Source: an uncultured Chloroflexales bacterium (lineage in GTDB: Bacteria > Chloroflexota > Chloroflexia > Chloroflexales > Chloroflexaceae). Taken from it: a DNA stretch of 64,000 bases. The notes beneath the pieces were generated by a model. The model saw nothing but the letters and a program-made list of their open reading frames with translations, did no database searches and was not told the DNA's origin. Every line of letters begins with the position of its first letter. Position 1 is the first letter of the stretch. The position numbers and the translations under genes were made by a program. The stretch is from the NCBI GenBank assembly GCA_937925925.1, contig CALANA010000114.1:185-64184 (forward strand). Direction: 5' to 3'. This document shows, in pieces, positions 45,064 to 53,336 of this stretch.

Positions 45064-46638
45064 TTATTGATAGCCACGAATTTGCTTGAAAATCACACTG
45101 AGCGAGGCTGAGCGGGCATCAAATACCCGCCCGCCTGTGGCTTCGGCCAGGCGTTGCATCGCTCGCGAGTCTGCCTCGCCAAATAATACCGGGAAGGTTT
45201 TGATCGCCTGGATTTCGGCAGGTAACGATTGATAGAATTCCAGGAACTGGCGCTCCGATATGCCTTCGTTATTTTCTCCATCGGTCATCAGCACAATCGA
45301 GTAGTAGCGCTCGGCATCGTTTTGATATGCCTCCTCCGCCAGCCGGTAGGCCTCCTGGAGCGAGCTATAAATAGCGGTACCGCCTGCAGCTTGAAGCCGT
45401 TCGACATAGGCCCGAATTTCTTCCATAGTGGCGCTTTCGCTATTAGAGTCATCAATCTCAAAATGACGAATATCCTCCACCCGTGAACTGAAGGGAATGA
45501 GCGTCACACGCTCACGGTCATGAAAGCGTGTGAAGCGACCGGTCAGGCTTTGATCGGCTCCGGTCAGATTGTTCAAAGCTGTCTGCAAATCTTGAATGCG
45601 ATTGCCCGACATCGATCCACTTACATCAAGGACGAAAAAGGCATGCGATGGAATACGTTGCTCATTGAGATAGTCCAATAGGAGCGTATCAATCACCTCG
45701 ACGCTATTAGGAAAAGGCAGTTCGATTAACAGTTGGTCGGGAAACTGACTGCTCAACGTCACCTCAGGAATGACCGGGCGGCGCAGAGTGCGCTCCATCA
45801 GGATGCGCTGAAACTCCGGTGAGCGTAAATAGGCCAGCAGGGTATCATAGTTTTCACGCTCGGCACTGTTGATGAGCATGAGCGGATAGTCGGCGGTGAT
45901 GATGCCCTCCTTCGGATATACCATGTAGAGCGGCTCGGTCAGTTGTCCACTCTGGTTCAACTCCAGCAGGATCGACTCGTAGTTGATCATCCCGTTTAAC
46001 TCGTCTTGCTGGCGTACATAGCTCTCGGCTAGCCAGCCCGAACTTCCCGCCGTGAGTACCTGGCCCTTAAAGAACGTCTGGAGTGCCTCGCTATTAATAG
46101 CGTCCACCTGCAACGCATCAGATGTACCAGACAGTGCCGCAGCTACGCCCACCAGCGCCGTAAATCCGGTGTTGGAAGAAACCGGATTGGTCATAGCATA
46201 GCGCAGTTCACCACTAGCGGCTTTCGCCGCAATATCGCTCCAGGTCAGGTCGGGATTATCGATCCATCCCCAGGCCCGTGCATCACTTTCTTTGACTCCC
46301 AGGATAACCGGTGAAAGCATGATCGGTTCCTGGGCCACAATCCGGTTGTTTACCCCTTCCAGAATTGATAAATACTTAGCATGCGAAAACCAGGCCAGAT
46401 CAACGTCTTCGCCAGCCATCAGCATTTCTGTTCCATCGAGGGTACCAACATAGCGCATGTTCAAGCTAACACCGGTGTTATCCCGAATCTGGTCTAGGAA
46501 TGGTTCCAGATCCTGTAACTCAGAGCCGGCCAGCACCGTCAAACCCGTTTGTGACCCGGTGGTTATCCCGCAGGCTGCCAGCGTGGTTGCGAGCCAGAGG
46601 ATGATCAGCGCTACCAGCATCGAATTGCGCATACGCAT
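45064..46638 (-). CDS. Lipoprotein with substrate-binding-like N-domain fused to a vWA domain
   Basis: LAACG lipobox. MIDAS FVLDVSGSMSG. C-terminal VLMTDGENN. Confidence 0.8.
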   Translation of the reverse strand: MRMRNSMLVALIILWLATTLAACGITTGSQTGLTVLAGSELQDLEPFLDQIRDNTGVSLNMRYVGTLDGTEMLMAGEDVDLAWFSHAKYLSILEGVNNRIVAQEPIMLSPVILGVKESDARAWGWIDNPDLTWSDIAAKAASGELRYAMTNPVSSNTGFTALVGVAAALSGTSDALQVDAINSEALQTFFKGQVLTAGSSGWLAESYVRQQDELNGMINYESILLELNQSGQLTEPLYMVYPKEGIITADYPLMLINSAERENYDTLLAYLRSPEFQRILMERTLRRPVIPEVTLSSQFPDQLLIELPFPNSVEVIDTLLLDYLNEQRIPSHAFFVLDVSGSMSGNRIQDLQTALNNLTGADQSLTGRFTRFHDRERVTLIPFSSRVEDIRHFEIDDSNSESATMEEIRAYVERLQAAGGTAIYSSLQEAYRLAEEAYQNDAERYYSIVLMTDGENNEGISERQFLEFYQSLPAEIQAIKTFPVLFGEADSRAMQRLAEATGGRVFDARSASLSVIFKQIRGYQ

Positions 46639-46687
46639 TATTGCTCCTTATGCGGTTCAGAAGTGCAAGCCTCTGTGCCTCGCTATG

Positions 46688-47899
46688 TTATAGACTTAAC
46701 TCATTGTTACTGGTCAGCAATTCACTTGCTGTCTCAGCCGCAACTTCACCACGCACACGATCGATATAGCTCTGCGATTTCGTGACTTCTGCCGAGAGAA
46801 CATCAACCGTTTGCTGCATCGTCTTCAGCGCCTCGGTCTTATAGGTTGAGATCATGTCCATGGTTTCATAGATATTGTTAAATGCTGCCTGGAGTTGCTG
46901 GATATTCACCGTCGCACTGACCGCCTGACGATGCACGTCGGCCGTCTGTTGCTTGAGCAACCGTGAGGTGGACTCGATCATATTGCCGGTGGTGGTGTTC
47001 AAGGCATTGATCTGGTCAAGCACCAGTTTCTGGTTCGCCAGCGCCTGAGCCACCATGACTGCCGTGCGTAGCGCTGAAACGGTAGTAGTGGTGGCGCGAT
47101 CAACACCCTTGATCAACTCCAGGTTGTTTTTGCGGATCATATCCAGGGCCAGATAGCCCTGGATGCTGACTGCCAGTTGCGTCAAGAGATCCTGCACCTT
47201 CTGGCGCACATAGAACAGTATTTCCTCGCGTACAATCCGGGCCTTTTCTGGGTCACGGACTTCGATCTCGGCCACCCGTGTCTCCAGTGCGGCATCGATC
47301 TGCTTGCCGAGATAGACATACTGCTGCATTTGCTGCATGAGCTTCCACAAATTGGCCTTTTCTTGTTCAATTGCGGCGTTATCCTTGCGCAACTCTTCCT
47401 GACCTTTGTACAGCGTGTTTATAATCGCATTGATATGCTTTTGAGAAGACTCGTACTTTAAGAAGTACGCCCGCAACTTGTTCCCAAAGGGTATCAGCCC
47501 CAGCAGTTTGCTCGGCGCCAACAGATCGCCATGCCGTGACGGGTCAAGATCCTCAATCGTCATGCGTAAGTCAACCAGACCTTTAGAGATCGGTGAATTT
47601 TCATCAAACAACCCGCCATCCATGGCCTTCGCCGGGCGATCCAGCATGCGGTTGGATACGCTGGCAGCGGCACGGATCTCGTTCGTGCCCATATTGTGGA
47701 TCGCCATGACCCGGTCTTGAAAATCTTTACTCTGCGTATCTCGGCTTACAACAACCTCGACAAACTGGGCGACGCGATCGTCAAGTTTTTTTATCTCCGT
47801 CGGCTCAAGGGGCACCATACCCCCGGCTTTCTCCTGGGAAACAGGTTGTACCGGTTGGGGTGGTGTAAGAACTTCGGGTGGAGCAAGAACGTCTGACAT
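46688..47899 (-). CDS. telA: Toxic anion resistance protein (TelA family)
   Basis: 403 aa, all-helical. N-terminal P-rich tail followed by KLDDRVAQFVEVV...IHNMG...LDPSRHGDLL pattern typical of TelA/YaaN. Confidence 0.8.
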   Translation of the reverse strand: MSDVLAPPEVLTPPQPVQPVSQEKAGGMVPLEPTEIKKLDDRVAQFVEVVVSRDTQSKDFQDRVMAIHNMGTNEIRAAASVSNRMLDRPAKAMDGGLFDENSPISKGLVDLRMTIEDLDPSRHGDLLAPSKLLGLIPFGNKLRAYFLKYESSQKHINAIINTLYKGQEELRKDNAAIEQEKANLWKLMQQMQQYVYLGKQIDAALETRVAEIEVRDPEKARIVREEILFYVRQKVQDLLTQLAVSIQGYLALDMIRKNNLELIKGVDRATTTTVSALRTAVMVAQALANQKLVLDQINALNTTTGNMIESTSRLLKQQTADVHRQAVSATVNIQQLQAAFNNIYETMDMISTYKTEALKTMQQTVDVLSAEVTKSQSYIDRVRGEVAAETASELLTSNNELSL

Positions 47900-47961
47900 A
47901 CGAAACTCCTTTTGTGTTCAGATCGGCTTCTATAAGCGGTGATTAGTATAACGCAGGAACG

Positions 47962-48273
47962 ACAGCAATCCTACATGAGTTGTGAAAAAACTGGAGTCCA
48001 GGCTTTAGCCTGGGTCTCGTCCCGTCGAGGCTTGCGCCTGGGTCTTGCCCCTTCCAGGTTCAAGCCTGGACGCCGGTGCTGCCAGGTTCAAGTCTGGACG
48101 CCGGTGCTGCCAGGTTCAAGTCTGGACGCCGGTGCTGCCAGGTTCAAGTCTGGGCGCCGGTGCTGCCAGGTTCAAGTCTGGACGCCGGTGCTGCCAGGTT
48201 CAAGTCTGGACGCCGGTGCTGCCAGGTTCAAGCCTGGACGCCGATGCTACACAACAGATTTAGGATCGCTATA
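47962..48273. mobile_element. MITE-A copy A8 expanded by an internal tandem array
   Basis: acagcaatcctacatgagttgtgaaaaaactggagtccagg ... tttaggatcgctata. Confidence 0.8.
48054..48249. repeat. 28-bp tandem repeat x7 (ccaggttcaagtctggacgccggtgctg)
   Basis: Copies start at 48054, 48082, 48110, 48138, 48166, 48194 and 48222. They are head-to-tail with no spacers. Confidence 0.95.
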
Positions 48274-48290
48274 CAGTACTCCATCAGCAC

Positions 48291-49403
48291 TCAATATTGC
48301 TGTTCAATCCGCTTAATCATTTCTTCAATGATTTCAAAAGTAGGCGGATCGATCACATTGACCAGGTTTTCGGCCAGTACCAAATTATGCTCTTTCGTAA
48401 GTTGCTGAAAATAGGCCACATTCGTATTGCGGTAGCCATGCTTAATTGCGAGACGCTCCAGTTCATTGGCGGCTTCCCACACACGACTATCTTCCTGAAG
48501 ATCGGCGTCTTTGCGCAGTAGTTTCCCCAGTCGATCCCCTTTGGCATTCAAGGCAACCAGGACATGCCAGGTGTAAATCGTGGGGTCAGGATAGATCAAC
48601 ACCATCTCGGATCGAATGCCATTGTCCAGCGTCTGTTGATAAATAAATTGTGACTCGTAGATCATCACCAGTGGTGCCTTTCCCATCCCCATCGTCAGAT
48701 AATCGTTGAATGGTGCCGCCGATGAGCTACCGGTAAAGCCCTGTTTGAGAAAGAGATCCTGGACGAGGGGCATAATCCTATCGATTTGCTCACGATTCTG
48801 TACAATATTGTTGTCGTTGGCGACATAACTGGCGAGTGACAAATACATCGCCGCCGAGTTGGAGGTACGTGGGTCAGTAGAAGAGATGAGGACGCTACGG
48901 TTTACATTATAGACGCTGTTATCCCGAAACGCATCCCACCGTTTCCCTTCTGCAAAAAGATCCAGGAATTTTTTCATGTCAAGCATATAATAGCCACCGC
49001 GATCCACCGCGATCCCGTTCGCTACCAATACTTGCGCAATCGGCTGCCAGGAGGCAATGGTCATCGGCGTGAAAAAGACATCGTAAGAATTAGTAGTCTT
49101 GTGTTCCTGGCGAATCTTCTCGGCAGCAGGGATACCACCCGGAAAGCCAAAATCGTAGGCCTCTGACAACTGCATGGAAATCTGTCGTGAGCCGGCCGTT
49201 TCAGCCTGCACATCCAGTCCGGCCTTCCGAAAGGCGGCAAGAACCTCAGGATCCTGGAAGAAATCGCGCTTTTCTGAACCGACTAAACCGCGGACGGTGA
49301 CAACCTGTTGCTGGGCAAATTGTTCGCCAGCAGAAACGAAGATGGCTCCGGCGACACCCAGAACCAGCACTACCAATAGTAACGGCCCGAGGACTTTCTT
49401 CAT
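48291..49403 (-). CDS. Membrane-anchored periplasmic-binding-protein-like protein, paralogue 2
   Basis: 370 aa. Colinear with the 42935-44050 product along its whole length. Confidence 0.65.
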   Translation of the reverse strand: MKKVLGPLLLVVLVLGVAGAIFVSAGEQFAQQQVVTVRGLVGSEKRDFFQDPEVLAAFRKAGLDVQAETAGSRQISMQLSEAYDFGFPGGIPAAEKIRQEHKTTNSYDVFFTPMTIASWQPIAQVLVANGIAVDRGGYYMLDMKKFLDLFAEGKRWDAFRDNSVYNVNRSVLISSTDPRTSNSAAMYLSLASYVANDNNIVQNREQIDRIMPLVQDLFLKQGFTGSSSAAPFNDYLTMGMGKAPLVMIYESQFIYQQTLDNGIRSEMVLIYPDPTIYTWHVLVALNAKGDRLGKLLRKDADLQEDSRVWEAANELERLAIKHGYRNTNVAYFQQLTKEHNLVLAENLVNVIDPPTFEIIEEMIKRIEQQY

Positions 49404-49629
49404 AGATGCGCTCCTGTTACTGCTCGTGTTTGCTTTACTCTACGCATCAAGGCTCTGTTTTGTTTCACAGGACATGATGTCTACTATGCTCTACGGATGA
49501 TAGCGGTATTTTGTTTCAAAGCTGAAGCCCTTGCATCCACCAGTGGCTTGGGCGCCACTGTCGAACAACAGGGCTCACGTAAGATCGGTGATTGCATGCG
49601 ATGATGGTGGAGAGAACCACCTACCTGTG

Positions 49630-49690
49630 GCAGCGTTGCTTTCGTGCTGCCGCAGGCGAGAAGGATATCTTACCATAGCACCGTGTCACT
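49630..49690. repeat. Partial MITE-B right half
   Basis: gtgctgccgcaggcgagaagg...taccatagcaccgtgtc. Confidence 0.45.
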
Positions 49691-49700
49691 CGGGTTCTTT

Positions 49701-49891
49701 ACAGGACATACATGGTCGTCGATCACTCCATAGGGTTCACCTCTGGCAGAATGGTTTTCTCCTGCAGCAGCACGGTAGATTATATTTCGCCCAGACGTTT
49801 CGCCTAGAGCGAAACGTCTGGAGCAACCTGCCCCTTCCACGCTTCCACAGGCCAGAAACACCGTCAGTTCAGGCGACCGCGTATGTCCTGT
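49701..49891. mobile_element. MITE-B copy B11
   Basis: acaggacatacatggtcg ... hairpin 49791-49821 ... gcgaccgcgtatgtcctgt. It directly abuts MITE-A9. Confidence 0.8.
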
Positions 49892-49895
49892 TGTC

Positions 49896-50004
49896 GCCAT
49901 CCTCCATTCGTTGTGAAGCACCAGCGTCCAGCTCGACGCTGGCAGCGCTCCGTCCAGGCTCACGCCTGGACTCCAGGGTTACAAGGATAAGAGGATTGCT
50001 CTAT
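49896..50004. mobile_element. MITE-A copy A9
   Basis: ...cattcgttgtgaagcaccagcgtccagctcgacgctgg...gcctggactccagggttacaaggataagaggattgctcta. Confidence 0.7.
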
Positions 50005-50199
50005 TTACGAGGCAAACTGTTCATATTGTATCATGCGAATGTTAAGAGATGATTAAATAGTGCATGATCTGTATGACGCCAGATACCTGTTCAGATGTTC
50101 TTGACAAGCTCGGCAATCGGGACTACCATTCGTATCTATAGGACGTACACCGTTGTGCAATGAGTAGAACCGCAAAGAATTTGAGAAAATTAAACCCTG

Positions 50200-51756
50200 A
50201 TGAACACCATAACTCTGATCGGTATTGGCCCCGGCGATCCTGCCCTTCTCACCCGTGCGGCATGCATGGTGTTGGAGCAAGCCCCGTTGATCGTCAGTCC
50301 CACCCCTGCACACCCGGCTCTGGCTCATCTATCGCCCGCAGTGCTGCACCCGTTACCGACAGAGATGCCCGCAGCGCTGGCGCTGGTGCAACGGATGGCA
50401 CAGGATGGCGCTGTGGTCTGTGCCCTGCCCGGCCATCCCCATGATCATGCCTTGACTGTCAATCTCCGGCAGCTACAGGCAACCGATACCTCACTCACGA
50501 TCCAGATTATACCGGGCGTGAGTCTGCGAGACACGCTCTGTGATGCGCTGGAGTCTGTCAACCCTCGTGCAGACATACAACTGATCAACGCTATGTCCCT
50601 GATCACACCGGACGACACTGATACAGACGCTGCTTCACCAGCCTGGTGCGAAATGCAGGGTATTGGTCGTTACGCTGCGCCACTGGTGCCGTATCCACTG
50701 CTACCCACTCGCCCGGCCCTGATCTGGATCAGTCCGACCTGGCTTCGTGAAGCCTATGATCCTGCATGGCTCGTCCAACAGGTGCAAACGACCCTGTGTC
50801 TGCGCTATCCTACCACGCATCCACTGCGGTTAGCCGGTCTGAACGCTCAGGGCCAGGCTGAATGGATCTGGAATGGAACGCTGGCAGATGTAACGGTCAC
50901 AGGCATACCCCAGGCAATCCTGGCCTGCTATCTGCCAGCCTTGCCACCCTCGGCTGATCAGCGCGGATTGGATGGCCTGGTCTGGGTGGTTACGCGCTTG
51001 CTTGGGCCGGATGGCTGTCCCTGGGATCGCAAACAGACGCACCAGACGCTGCGCGCAGGATTACTGGAAGAGGTGTATGAGGTGCTGGAGGCGCTGGATG
51101 CAGGCGATATGCCCGCGCTGTCCGAGGAACTGGGCGATCTGCTGCTCCAGGTGCTGGTTCACAGCGAAATGGCACGTCAGGCCGGGCATTTTCACCTGGG
51201 TGATGTACTGGAGCAGATCAGTGCCAAGCTCATTCGGCGTCATCCGCATGTCTTTGGCGACCTGGTTGGTGCTGGTACGGATACGGTGTTGCACAACTGG
51301 GAGCAGATCAAGGCGCAGGAACGGGCCGCAAAGGGTCGCCAGCGATCTGGAGCGCTTGATGGTGTACCACCAGGGTTGCCAGCGCTACCAACCGCGCAGA
51401 AACTGGTGACGAAGGCCGCACGGGCCGGCTTTGACTGGAGTACAATCAGCGAGGTGTGGGCCAAGGTGCATGAAGAACTGGCGGAACTGGCCGAGGTTGC
51501 ACCCAACGATGACCTACCAGCATCCTCTAACCAGGCGCGGATCGAGGAGGAGTTTGGCGACCTGTTGTTTGCCACGGCGAATCTGGCGCGCTGGCTTAAC
51601 CTGGATGCCGAGAGTGCGCTACGCCAGGCCAACGCCAAATTTTGTCGTCGCTTTGCGCAGGTCGAACATCTGGCACAGGTACAGGGTCGTCCACTTTCGA
51701 CAATGACCGTATCGGAACTGGAAGCATTGTGGCAGCAGGCTCGACGGGAGACGTGA
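50200..51756 (+). CDS. mazG: YabN-type fusion: tetrapyrrole-methylase-like domain plus MazG nucleoside triphosphate pyrophosphohydrolase
   Basis: N-terminal [14 protein letters not shown]. Tandem MazG repeats ([26 protein letters not shown]; [15 protein letters not shown]). Confidence 0.85.
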   Translation: MNTITLIGIGPGDPALLTRAACMVLEQAPLIVSPTPAHPALAHLSPAVLHPLPTEMPAALALVQRMAQDGAVVCALPGHPHDHALTVNLRQLQATDTSLTIQIIPGVSLRDTLCDALESVNPRADIQLINAMSLITPDDTDTDAASPAWCEMQGIGRYAAPLVPYPLLPTRPALIWISPTWLREAYDPAWLVQQVQTTLCLRYPTTHPLRLAGLNAQGQAEWIWNGTLADVTVTGIPQAILACYLPALPPSADQRGLDGLVWVVTRLLGPDGCPWDRKQTHQTLRAGLLEEVYEVLEALDAGDMPALSEELGDLLLQVLVHSEMARQAGHFHLGDVLEQISAKLIRRHPHVFGDLVGAGTDTVLHNWEQIKAQERAAKGRQRSGALDGVPPGLPALPTAQKLVTKAARAGFDWSTISEVWAKVHEELAELAEVAPNDDLPASSNQARIEEEFGDLLFATANLARWLNLDAESALRQANAKFCRRFAQVEHLAQVQGRPLSTMTVSELEALWQQARRET

Positions 51757-51775
51757 TCCAGGAGGAGGGAGTGCT

Positions 51776-51982
51776 ATGGCTGAACCGATGCAGATTGTGA
51801 TTGGTGATATCGTACAGATGCGCAAACCGCACGCATGCGGTGGCGATACCTGGCGTGTGGTACGGATCGGAGCCGAGATCGGCTTACGCTGCCAGACCTG
51901 TCAGCGCAAAGTGCTGTTGCCGCGCTCGGAGTTTGAGCGACGGGTGCGGCGTTTTGTGCAGCGGGGAACAGCCACCATATAA
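51776..51982 (+). CDS. DUF951 (YyzM-like) small protein
   Basis: [47 protein letters not shown] matches the DUF951 pattern. Confidence 0.75.
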   Translation: MAEPMQIVIGDIVQMRKPHACGGDTWRVVRIGAEIGLRCQTCQRKVLLPRSEFERRVRRFVQRGTATI

Positions 51983-51999
51983 TCCTCAATGAGGTAGAG

Positions 52000-52908
52000 A
52001 TGACGATTCCAGATTTTCAGTCCATCATGCTGCCCTTACTCAAGTTTGCTAGTGATAGACAAGAACACTCGCTGCGAGAGACTATAGAGGCCCTTGCCGA
52101 CGAGTTCAATCTCACTGACGAGGAACGCAGCGAGTTGTTGCCCAGCGGACAGCAGGCGATCTTTTCCAACCGTGTGGGATGGGCGCGTACCTATTTGAAA
52201 AAAGCCGGAATGTTGGAGACTACACGGCGTGGCTATTATCGAATCACAGAACGTGGTCAACAGACTCTCATTCAAAATCCCCCCAGGATCGATATAGTTT
52301 TTCTCAGGCAGTTCCCCGGATTCGTCGAGTTCCAGAGAACCACAAGGATCAGATCGGACGAGGCCGAAGATGAGGAAAGCAATGAAACGCAAACGCCCGA
52401 AGAGGTGATCGAAGCAGCCTATCAAAAACTACGTCAAGGATTGGCCGTTGAACTTTTGCAGATGATCAACGATCGGTCGCCAGCATTTTTCGAGCGGCTG
52501 GTGATCGATTTGTTGGTCAGGATGGGGTATGGTGGCACGCGCAAGGATGCTGGAGAGGCCATTGGCAGATCCGGCGATGGTGGTATCGATGGCATCATCA
52601 AGGAAGATCGTTTAGGGCTTGATATCGTTTATGTTCAGGCCAGGAGATGGGATAATGTGGTGGGTCGTCCTGAGATACAGAAATTTGCCGGTGCATTGCA
52701 GGGACAGCGTGCTCGAAAAGGCATTTTCATCACAACGTCTACCTTCTCGAAAGATGCACTGGACTACGTTGCTCGGATAGATAGTAAGATCGTCCTGATT
52801 GATGGCAATATGCTGGCACAGTTGATGATTGATCACAACGTTGGGGTATCTTTGGTGGCTTCATACGAATTGAGACGTATTGACTCAGACTATTTCACAG
52901 AGGAGTAA
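52000..52908 (+). CDS. mrr: Mrr-family type IV restriction endonuclease
   Basis: Mrr_N winged-helix N-terminus. Catalytic region GDGGIDGIIKEDRLGLDIVYVQARRW. Confidence 0.9.
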   Translation: MTIPDFQSIMLPLLKFASDRQEHSLRETIEALADEFNLTDEERSELLPSGQQAIFSNRVGWARTYLKKAGMLETTRRGYYRITERGQQTLIQNPPRIDIVFLRQFPGFVEFQRTTRIRSDEAEDEESNETQTPEEVIEAAYQKLRQGLAVELLQMINDRSPAFFERLVIDLLVRMGYGGTRKDAGEAIGRSGDGGIDGIIKEDRLGLDIVYVQARRWDNVVGRPEIQKFAGALQGQRARKGIFITTSTFSKDALDYVARIDSKIVLIDGNMLAQLMIDHNVGVSLVASYELRRIDSDYFTEE

Positions 52909-53143
52909 TACCGTTTCGACGTGACCCTTCCGCATGTTCTTGCCATTCGTCTTCCAACAAGACTGCGTCGCGGCGGGGGTGCGGGGGCCGGAGGCCCCCG
53001 CCCATGTGGGTATGTCGGAGGAGGGGCGTTGCATGCAACGCCGCTACGCGCCCCGTGCAATCTCTTTCCAGGGGAAGTCTCGTGGTCATATGAGCAAGCG
53101 TAAGACGGATCACAGGATGCGGAAGGGCGACGTCAAATTGGTA
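52909..53143. mobile_element. MITE-C copy C2, 3-bp TSD taa (the left copy is the mrr stop codon)
   Basis: taccgtttcgacgtgacccttccgcatg ... gatgcggaagggcgacgtcaaattggta. taa at 52906-52908 and 53144-53146. Confidence 0.9.
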
Positions 53144-53220
53144 TAAGGTGGCCTAAAACGTGCTTCCGGCCAACCGCGCTTTGCGCGGCGGCTAATGCAA
53201 CCCGTTAGGCGGCAATGTCA

Positions 53221-53336
53221 GTGTGTAAGGAGCAGGATGAATAAACGTGATTTCTTGGCAACAGCGAAATCGCTGCTGCTTCTTCGTGGAAGGAGTGTGT
53301 AAGAAGCAGGATGCATAAACGTGATTTCTTGAAAAT
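53221..53336 (+). repeat. Tandem duplication (74-bp period) of the SD/start/Tat-signal region, creating a 21-codon uORF (53237-53302)
   Basis: gtgtgtaaggagcaggatgaataaacgtgatttcttg at 53221 and gtgtgtaagaagcaggatgcataaacgtgatttcttg at 53295. The uORF encodes MNKRDFLATAKSLLLLRGRSV. Confidence 0.85.

Noticed and set aside
48054-48249. A regular 28-bp repeat array that superficially resembles a CRISPR locus
   Set aside because: The units are contiguous with no unique spacers. The array lies inside a MITE-A copy, and no cas genes are nearby.
47939-48316. A 125-aa ORF and sister ORFs with repeated GSSLDAGAARFKSGRRCCQVQVWTPVLP peptides
   Set aside because: They are translations of the 28-bp tandem array. 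28 is not a multiple of 3, so the three frames cycle, which is not protein-like.
49531-50052. A 173-aa plus-strand ORF
   Set aside because: It is composed almost entirely of MITE-B11 and MITE-A9 sequence.
52000-52908. Mrr as the marker of a defence island
   Set aside because: Its neighbours are housekeeping genes (mazG fusion, DUF951, amine oxidase). No methyltransferase, integrase or other defence genes are adjacent.
52909-53143. MITE-C considered as a structured ncRNA or riboswitch-like 3' element
   Set aside because: The long terminal inverted repeats, the 3-bp TAA/TTA duplications, the occurrence in both orientations (C1 is inverted relative to C2-C4) and a truncated copy all fit a mobile element better. 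A secondary RNA role is not excluded and is raised in the findings.
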